DNA of 32,000 nucleotides from Patescibacteria group bacterium (GTDB taxonomy: Bacteria; Patescibacteriota; Patescibacteriia; 2-01-FULL-39-33), in NCBI GenBank assembly GCA_041649575.1, contig JBAZMW010000003.1, positions 150,001 to 182,000 on the forward strand, written 5' to 3'. Below, one piece after another: positions 16,201 to 21,640 of this stretch (within the stretch, counting starts at the first letter, position 1; every line of letters starts with the position of its first letter). The notes beneath the pieces are model-generated. The model did not search any database, had not been told where the DNA came from, and saw only the letters and a program-made list of their open reading frames with translations. A program made the position numbers and the translations under genes.

Positions 16201-19143
16201 TGAAGGTCTTTCTGCTTCTTCGTCTGGATTTTCACCCGACTCCGGAGCTGGCGGCGGTGGAGGAGGGAGAACTTCCCCAGATAAATCCCCAAGCGGTGCT
16301 TCTGAATCATCTGGCCGCATCACTTCAACGCTCTCTATTCTATTGGTATTTTCTTGCCTGCCATCTTCAAAAAGCAACAGCATCCCGGCTGTGGTATCCA
16401 CCAATCCCCTGAAGTCTCCGATAAAACTCGATCCGTCCGTACAGACCCCTGCTAGTTTATCGCCAGGCTTACAACCGCGAAGTACTGCAAGTACTCTTTC
16501 TATTCTTTCTTTATCTTTTTTATCTTTATCTTCGGCGTCAGACTCTACCGGCGCAGGCCTAGGCGTTTCAACCGCCTCACTGGTCGCCGTCACCCTAGCT
16601 CTAACAATCTCGCCACCCGGCTTAGTAAAACCCATAGTAACAACCGCAGCAACTTTTAGATTACGGCCCTTGGGACCTTCAGTAAATGTAACCTCATGAT
16701 ACTTCTCATTAATATTATCGCCCAGCTGAACTAGCCAAAGTCTAAAACCAAAACTTTGCATTAACCCTGATAAATATCCGACTTTTGCGGTTTCAAAAAC
16801 GGGACCATTAACCGCATCACAATATTCTCTGCCAATTTCATCTACCAAAACTTGCACCGCGTGCTCTCTGCTTTCTGTTTCTATTTTGTCTTGTAATCCT
16901 CTAGCGCCAGCAGCTAGCTGTCTCATCCCCAAGGCTTCTGCTCTGCTAAGAATTGCTGAGAGCATGGCTTGCAGCTCTTGCTGTTCCGCGCTAAGCTCTG
17001 CTTCTGCTTTTTCGTCTCCTTTTGGTGTTTCTGGCGCCGGCTGTTCGATGGCCGGTGCTAACACCTCAATCTTTGTTATTAAAGAAAGAAGGATCTTTTT
17101 TGGCTTTAAGTCACTTGGTTTGCCTTTGATCTTTACGCGGTCACCTTCCACTCCATCAAAAAAGCCCTCTTCTTTCATTCCGCCCAAATCTACCAAAATC
17201 CTAGTGCCAAGCGGCAAATCTTTTAATTGATCGGCTGTTACTTCCCGTCCTGACTGCTTAGCGCCTAACCGCTCGGCTACCTCATTCATTATTTGCAAAG
17301 CACATTCCCGAACCAAACCTCTGGCGGTTTCTTCTTCGGCGCTTTCTTTTTTGGGCCGATAACGAGCCTCTTGGCCGGCTGCGTTTGCAGCTGTTCTAAA
17401 AAGAGTATTTTCTAAAGCAACCAAATCTTTAGGAAGAACTTTTTCTTCCTGCTCTGTCATGTTCTGGATGATTCTTTGTTTTGTTTCCTCTAAAGCCTTT
17501 TTGAAAGCAGGCAAAAATTTAGTCTCAGATTCACCACTTCCTTCTCCTTTTAATTCTTGATCTTTCGAGCCATTCACTTCGGCCATAATTTGCTCCGCGC
17601 ACGCGCTAACCAGATTTAGAACAGCCGGCTCCTCGGCATGCTTCCAGCCTTTTGTCGCCCTGATAGTTTTGTCGAGAATCGACTTTTCTAATTTATCTTT
17701 TTCTTCCGGCTTAATCCTTCTTCTCTCACTCTTCATTCTTTTGACTATCTCCTCTCGCGTCTGGTCTAATGCCTCTTTAAAAGCTTCCAAGAATGCCTCA
17801 AACTCATTTTTTTCCTCCCCCTTTCTGATAATTTCAGTGTCAATGCTTTCGCCAACCTCGCACTGGGCATTACCCTGTAATAGAATACGACAATTTTTGG
17901 CTTTTCTAATAGCCAGCTTAGCGCCATCCTCAACGACAAATCTGCTATCTGTCGCACTCTCGACTTCCATGGATATCCCGGCTCCGATCTTTTCTCTGCG
18001 CCTGTCGTTCATCTCTCTTCTTCTTACTGTTTTGAGCCCCGATCCTGGCTTTTCTTCTATAGATCCGCCATTCTTCCCGGTGGTATCAAGCTCGGCTTCA
18101 ATTTGTTCAGCGAAATTTTGGGATGCTTGGCGCACCAGGTCTTTTTCGGCTGCCGACTGCGCCTCCAAGCCGGTTTCTTTTTGGACGTCACGCTCAACTG
18201 TCCCAAAAAATATAGTTTTTTGCATATCATTGGCTTCTTGCGCATCATCAGCGCCAGCTCTAATTATGGTTATAAATTCTTGCCTTCTTCCATTTAAAAC
18301 CCTCTCAAAAACAGGCAAAAACCTGTCTCTAAATTCCGGTCTGATTTCTGGCGACTCGGCCGCTGGAGCCCCTCCTTTTATTTCTCCTTTAAACGCGGCA
18401 TGGGTTTCACGCAGCCCCTCTAATTCAGCTACAACTGCTTCTAACTCTTTATATAAAGGATTAAATTCATCTCTTAAAGCTTCTATATCTTCACCTATAC
18501 TCTCTAAAGCCTGCACACTAAAAACCTTATTTATTAAAAAACCCAAAAAACGTTCAATTATTTCAATCTCCTGATTAATGATTTTTTGAGCCCACTCCGG
18601 CTTGGCCTCTACCTTGGCCCTGACACTCGATAAAATAGTTTTGCCTTCAACTATGCCTGATCTCTCTTTGGCCGCGTTAACTTCTGCTCTAATTTGATCA
18701 AGAGCAATTTCGGCTTCTGCCGTCTCGGCCGGTGGCGGCGGGATTTCAACGCCAACTACGGGGAGATGTAATCCTAAAACTGATCTGGCATTATCAATAA
18801 CCCACCGAGCATTTGCCTTGTTGATTACTCCACCACGCCCTTCTTTCTTGAAAGTGTCAGACATATCCAAAATGTGCTCCAGTCCGGCTAAGAGCTCATC
18901 TAATTCCGGCGCCTGCAGGTCGGACAAATCGGACAAAGCATTAAAAGAATCTACAGCAGCCCTGAATTCTTCTACTTCTGGTTCCTTTCTTCCTGAAAGA
19001 TTAGTCTTTATTCTCAAAAGAGCCCTATTTATTCTTTTTCTTTTTTCCTTGTTCTCTTTTCTCTCGGCCTCTGTTGCCTCTCCTTCGGCTCCGGGCTCAA
19101 GCTCGTCTTCTTTGTCTGGAGTTTTTGGTTTATAATCTCCCAT
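13297..19143 (-). CDS. Giant (1,948 aa) modular membrane protein. About 1,240-aa acidic, helix-rich N-terminal region, a TM hairpin, a 145-aa loop, a third TM, a Pro/Ala-rich linker and a 380-aa C-terminal repeat domain
   Basis: Uninterrupted 5,847-nt ORF; all overlapping ORFs are short shadows. TM segments at about aa 1240-1262, 1265-1285 and 1430-1448. There is no N-terminal signal peptide. Internal protein repeats and a GrpE-like segment are described in the findings. Confidence 0.85.
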   Translation of the reverse strand: MGDYKPKTPDKEDELEPGAEGEATEAERKENKEKRKRINRALLRIKTNLSGRKEPEVEEFRAAVDSFNALSDLSDLQAPELDELLAGLEHILDMSDTFKKEGRGGVINKANARWVIDNARSVLGLHLPVVGVEIPPPPAETAEAEIALDQIRAEVNAAKERSGIVEGKTILSSVRAKVEAKPEWAQKIINQEIEIIERFLGFLINKVFSVQALESIGEDIEALRDEFNPLYKELEAVVAELEGLRETHAAFKGEIKGGAPAAESPEIRPEFRDRFLPVFERVLNGRRQEFITIIRAGADDAQEANDMQKTIFFGTVERDVQKETGLEAQSAAEKDLVRQASQNFAEQIEAELDTTGKNGGSIEEKPGSGLKTVRRREMNDRRREKIGAGISMEVESATDSRFVVEDGAKLAIRKAKNCRILLQGNAQCEVGESIDTEIIRKGEEKNEFEAFLEAFKEALDQTREEIVKRMKSERRRIKPEEKDKLEKSILDKTIRATKGWKHAEEPAVLNLVSACAEQIMAEVNGSKDQELKGEGSGESETKFLPAFKKALEETKQRIIQNMTEQEEKVLPKDLVALENTLFRTAANAAGQEARYRPKKESAEEETARGLVRECALQIMNEVAERLGAKQSGREVTADQLKDLPLGTRILVDLGGMKEEGFFDGVEGDRVKIKGKPSDLKPKKILLSLITKIEVLAPAIEQPAPETPKGDEKAEAELSAEQQELQAMLSAILSRAEALGMRQLAAGARGLQDKIETESREHAVQVLVDEIGREYCDAVNGPVFETAKVGYLSGLMQSFGFRLWLVQLGDNINEKYHEVTFTEGPKGRNLKVAAVVTMGFTKPGGEIVRARVTATSEAVETPRPAPVESDAEDKDKKDKERIERVLAVLRGCKPGDKLAGVCTDGSSFIGDFRGLVDTTAGMLLLFEDGRQENTNRIESVEVMRPDDSEAPLGDLSGEVLPPPPPPAPESGENPDEEAERPSPLPEESPAERTERLLEKFRGIKPGSMIRVTYLSATYEEKFLGLVEEGEKPYIRTFNFVDNKAYATWIESVLDVELIAPPLESESAPLDLAEAERLVRELEESGKKPEDELEDESEESTLKSHEEEDDAAPFPPSDKTGEGPIIIETEEDKPTLDQARKAYYQARRERMKLIGKSEFRGKKGEQKLEQLRRSYEATLQESIRSKVQTGELSPLAMFPDRLAQGLVDLYDKENQLVWAEFEGKEKSRGERLKGWWQRHATGRLIVSGALLGAAVALATPAVATSFAASAPLLTAVFFARRILGGTGTAMGVDAALERFTKRFGDKGLAQKIYKEYAKEKRKDPKAAKAWLEKKFGSLSDKDLKEELARITALAERKGKRQVDVFGDRMKPVIDQMYQASLARMEERLTAIDTSGYSLADALSNQLDFYISTSHQAEEQTGRAERRKEIQRGVIAAAAGLVVGIQPWQWLRGHGAATGAAEAGSGGSGAEAPHAGVSPEGQPPAEGAQRVLDAGAPEAAPGGASAEHTPGAAPAEQPTVEGSNPPAEGAPRVPDAGAPEAASGGAPTEHTPGAAPAESATTETAPGPEAPEKLTEFEQALEVVEGVEAKGSHTVWGVIEKKCEAALGSTVKKAIESGQTYPAELGLPKDVDISKMTSEALKKLPVFREGKITYLVDSIKDAVAKSPTEFGLPANIDHVTPEDLAKLAGNDKFNELVASTFFDPKTGDTGKVLQAAGKLSEKTLSQIESNNAYLRQVVGLVKGSGVSLDQSAYDLMGQAHEAGLEPGRAAEILSSGVKGVAKEVVSFYSGNPKVVPGETLNGLVESHGADLAKKVLTFAGGEVAPDSAVGKLISGTEVLNSPNLESWVKLTRLVEAGTAPSKEVAKILSEAGITGQASAAKVTKGVLQFTLAESNIDVRINPAELVMEASHQGGTGEAVSRSAPYAGKNPAAVLKKVIEAVRPLQDKVVTA
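14486..14706 (-). repeat. In-frame tandem duplication, period 126 nt (42 aa), inside the giant ORF
   Basis: The 95-nt cores at 14486-14580 and 14612-14706 align with scattered substitutions. They encode PPAEGA[QP]RV[LP]DAGAPEAA[PS]GGA[SP][AT]EHTPGAAPAE twice. Confidence 0.9.
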
Positions 19144-19168
19144 ATAAATTAATTATTTTTATAATCAA

Positions 19169-19486
19169 TTATTTTAAATTCTCGCGCCAAGCCGCGACAT
19201 CGCCGGCCAGCTGTTCTTTGAAATTGGTGACCTCTTCCAAAATTATCGCCTGCAGATCAACCTTGCCGTTCAAAAACTGTCCGATTTCTTCGTCGGAGAC
19301 GCCTTTGGCGGTGAGTTTGTCAAACTCCAACTGATCCGGCTCGGAGAACTCATCCATCAGACGGAAAGAAACGCGGTCGCTAACCACCTCGTTTAGTTTG
19401 GTGAGTAAAACTTGTTTTTTGGCTTCATCCAGGTTTTCCAGGCCCAAAATGTTGAAAACATTCTGATCCAAAAAGAGTAAATTCAT
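19169..19486 (-). CDS. Small acidic helical protein, hypothetical; first gene of the giant-ORF operon
   Basis: 105-aa ORF, 25 nt upstream of and co-oriented with the giant ORF. Its pattern (LGLENLDEAKKQVLLTKLNEVV...) resembles small conserved CPR proteins, but I cannot name the family with confidence. Confidence 0.6.
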   Translation of the reverse strand: MNLLFLDQNVFNILGLENLDEAKKQVLLTKLNEVVSDRVSFRLMDEFSEPDQLEFDKLTAKGVSDEEIGQFLNGKVDLQAIILEEVTNFKEQLAGDVAAWRENLK

Positions 19487-19574
19487 AAATTTTATTTATT
19501 TTTTATTGTTAATTATTGAATTTTGTTTAAAATAACAGTATTCCAGCTAGAGCTTAATCTGGCTGTCTGAATAT

Positions 19575-19603
19575 ATTATACCAAACAAAGAGAATTGGTG
19601 AAA
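19575..19603 (-). promoter_or_regulatory. Candidate promoter of the operon containing the small acidic protein and the giant ORF
   Basis: On the minus strand: TTTCAC, a 17-nt spacer, then TGgTATAAT (extended -10; TATAAT = 19575-19580). Confidence 0.5.
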
Positions 19604-19703
19604 GGGTGGCAAAATAAATAATTATTAACTAATTTTATTTATACTTTTTGGCTAAAATTAGATAATATTCTTGATAAAAAAGAAGCTTTTTTCTCAACTA
19701 CTA

Positions 19704-19732
19704 TTGACAAATTATTTATGGTATGCTATAAT
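19704..19732 (+). promoter_or_regulatory. Consensus promoter P_A (TTGACA-17-TATAAT with TGc extended -10)
   Basis: ttgaca at 19704-19709, tataat at 19727-19732, spacer exactly 17 nt. 31/34 identical to the promoter at 27944-27972 (minus). Confidence 0.75.
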
Positions 19733-19817
19733 GAGTAGTTCGGTAAGTAACCGAAAGCACATCACAAAGGCAGCCCTGGTAATGACACCGGGGTTCGCAA
19801 GAGAAAAGGAGAAGACG

Positions 19818-20798
19818 ATGGGTACGGACACAGGAATAGAGGACGATGTGGTGATTATTGGTGAGGACACCGGCATCGCTGACACCGGCATCGCTGACAC
19901 AAAGACGAGTCGGCCGAAGCGTAAAGTCGGAATCTGGCGGATCGTGCTGGGCCTGATCGGCCTGGCGCTCATCGCCTTCGCGGCATTGACCGCGTACGGC
20001 CTGATCGTCAAGACCGACGCGATTGACCGGCGTGTCGTCGTGCTGGAAAATCGCGTCGACGGTTTCGACGAACGCATCAAGGCCGGTGACGAGGCGGTCG
20101 AGGACATCTCCAAAGCCACCGACGATCTGTGGAGGCGAATGGCGAATGTCGAGAAACGCTTCGACAAGGATGGAGAATTCGCGAAGACCGTGGCCGCGGT
20201 TGCCAAGACCGCCGAAGACGTGACGGCGCTGCAAGCCGCGGTCGATGAAATCCCCGATGCCATGGCCGAGGCCACAGCTGGAATCGAAGGCCGGGTCAAA
20301 GCCCTCGAAGACGGCGCCGCGCAGGCACAGGAGAGGGCCAGCCGCGAGCTCCTGATGCTCAAGGTTGCCGAGATCCGCCGCGCGAATCCGGCGAGCGATG
20401 TCAGCGCCATGAGCGACGCGGACATTGGCAAGACGCTGGCTGGCAAGGGCGGCAACGATTTTCGCAAGAAGATTGAGGCCGCATACGTCAGCCTCGGAGC
20501 CAAGCCTGTCGTCACGGCACCAGCTCCGGCTCCAGCACCGGCACCAGCGCCAGCGGTAAATCTGGCTGAGGTAGAACGCCGGCTGGACGCGGCCGAGAAA
20601 GAAGTAAAACTTGTCGGGCAAGCCGCCAAAACCTTGGCGACGAATCCTGACAAGCCGAAGCACCTGGTGCGTGGCGCCAAGGCGAGGGCGCTCAAGCTGT
20701 TGGTGGATGTCCCCGACGACTTGCCACCCGCCTCCGCAAGACCGGCATCCCCGAAGAAGGACAACGTCATCCGGCCGGAGTTCGGGGACCGGCCGTAA
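19818..20798 (+). CDS. GC-rich hypothetical single-pass membrane protein with a long Ala/Glu-rich helical ectodomain (cassette A)
   Basis: AAGGAG (19806-19811) lies 6 nt before ATG 19818. The longer track ORF from 19671 would start upstream of the promoter. TM IWRIVLGLIGLALIAFAALTAYGLIV. Contains a DTGIA-DTGIA tandem (15-nt repeat at 19866-19895) and an (AP)6 tract (20518-20556). Confidence 0.7.
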   Translation: MGTDTGIEDDVVIIGEDTGIADTGIADTKTSRPKRKVGIWRIVLGLIGLALIAFAALTAYGLIVKTDAIDRRVVVLENRVDGFDERIKAGDEAVEDISKATDDLWRRMANVEKRFDKDGEFAKTVAAVAKTAEDVTALQAAVDEIPDAMAEATAGIEGRVKALEDGAAQAQERASRELLMLKVAEIRRANPASDVSAMSDADIGKTLAGKGGNDFRKKIEAAYVSLGAKPVVTAPAPAPAPAPAPAVNLAEVERRLDAAEKEVKLVGQAAKTLATNPDKPKHLVRGAKARALKLLVDVPDDLPPASARPASPKKDNVIRPEFGDRP

Positions 20799-20831
20799 CA
20801 CGTACCTTTGATCGCGCACCTCGTGCGTTAG

Positions 20832-20870
20832 CCCCCCCAGACTCTGGCAGTTTCATAGAGTCTGGGGGGT
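20832..20870 (+). terminator. Long hairpin after cassette A
   Basis: 13-bp perfect stem: ccccccagactct (20833-20845) / agagtctgggggg (20857-20869). The T-run is weak and delayed (gaattatttt). Confidence 0.6.
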
Positions 20871-20902
20871 GAATTATTTTAGAGAGATTTTGCTTTTATA
20901 TA

Positions 20903-20931
20903 TTGACTAAACAAGACAAAACTGATAAAAT
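20903..20931 (+). promoter_or_regulatory. Promoter driving the structured GC-rich leader plus tRNA-Asp
   Basis: TTGACT (20903-20908), a 17-nt spacer, then TGaTAAAAT (taaaat = 20926-20931). Confidence 0.65.
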
Positions 20932-20947
20932 TATTTTTGATATTTAT

Positions 20948-21254
20948 GGATTACTGCCCCCGCCAGAATGACTCTGTCGGGCTGGCGCCCGACTGAACGG
21001 CGTTCAGCCGTTCGGGCGGGGCTCAGTCTTGCCCCGTAGAATACTGCTAAAGCAGTAGCGCCAGAGGCGCTATTCTACGGGGTGAAGTTAGAGCGCTCCC
21101 CCTGTCACGGAAGAGGGTCGCCGTAGGCGACGGGCAGAAGCGAGCCATGAGCAAAGCGAATGAAACGAGCGTAGATGAATGCGACCATGGGAGCATTCGG
21201 CTCTGCCAGGAAACATCGGGTGCAACCCGCGACCGTCAAACTTTTTACAAGTTA
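20948..21254 (+). other. Degenerate tRNA-Asp-derived duplicate interrupted by GC-rich, highly base-paired inserts (candidate structured RNA or decayed element)
   Basis: It starts with the same atatttatggatt as the true tRNA-Asp 5' flank and 5' end. Positions 21087-21121 copy the tRNA D/anticodon arm (1 substitution, 2 one-nt insertions). There is a T-arm-like cgggtgcaacccg at about 21216-21228. It contains multiple perfect hairpins. Confidence 0.6.
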
Positions 21255-21262
21255 ATATTTAT

Positions 21263-21336
21263 GGATTGGTAGCTCAGTTGGTTAGAGCGCTCCCCTGTCA
21301 CGGGAGAGGTCGCGGGTTCGAGTCCCGTCCAGTCCG
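21263..21336 (+). tRNA. tRNA-Asp (anticodon GUC)
   Basis: Acceptor ggattgg/ccagtcc (one G:U pair), D arm gctc-agttggtta-gagc, anticodon arm ctccc-ctgtcac-gggag, T arm gcggg-ttcgagt-cccgt. Confidence 0.9.
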
Positions 21337-21347
21337 CTGGATAAAAC

Positions 21348-21377
21348 AAAAATCACCCTTGCGGTGATTTTTGTTTT
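21348..21377 (+). terminator. Terminator after tRNA-Asp
   Basis: aaaaatcacc-cttgc-ggtgattttt followed by gtttt. Confidence 0.75.
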
Positions 21378-21514
21378 ACTACACGAAGTGGAGAGGGGCT
21401 CGAACGGGTTGGCAGCGAGGCAAATCCGAAGGATGCAGCCGAGCGTCAAAAATTGCGAGCTGGCGCAGCAATTTTTGCCAACCCAGGACAGAGTGAGCAA
21501 AGCGAACGCCGAGA

Positions 21515-21531
21515 AGTCCCGTCCAGTCCGC
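21515..21531 (+). repeat. Exact 17-bp copy of the tRNA-Asp 3' end (att-like direct repeat)
   Basis: agtcccgtccagtccgc at 21515-21531 is identical to 21321-21337 within, and just past, the tRNA. Confidence 0.9.
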
Positions 21532-21541
21532 ATTTTTCTAG

Positions 21542-21565
21542 TCAGCCCCAAGTGGGCTGATTTTT
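21542..21565 (+). terminator. Second plus-strand terminator, directly after the duplicated tRNA 3' end
   Basis: tcagccc-caagt-gggctga followed by ttttt. Confidence 0.7.
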
Positions 21566-21640
21566 GAGAATAAAAAAGAGCGGCGATCCACACGACGGTG
21601 AATCTCCCGCTCTACAATGTCCTGATAGCCTTTCAGCGGT

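Noticed and set aside
13420-19135. Numerous 60-300-aa ORFs on both strands inside the giant gene (e.g. 17669-18574, 16112-16699, 14511-14921).
   Set aside because: All are embedded in the single 5.8-kb frame and encode Ser/Leu/Pro-rich low-complexity strings typical of off-frame translation.
19712-20819. Two very long minus-strand ORFs (352 and 367 aa) antisense to cassette A, plus several 60-140-aa ORFs in other frames.
   Set aside because: They are stop-codon-poor shadows of a GC-rich gene. They have low-complexity Ser/Ala/Arg composition and no SD or promoter. The plus-strand frame has the SD, the TM helix, the promoter and the terminator.
20948-21254. A functional intron-containing or split tRNA-Asp (group I or archaeal-type introns in the duplicate copy).
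   Set aside because: The 3' acceptor strand needed to pair with ggatt.. is not preserved (cgaccgtc instead of ccagtcc). The D-stem 5' half is missing. The inserts are not in the anticodon loop. I see no recognisable group I core.
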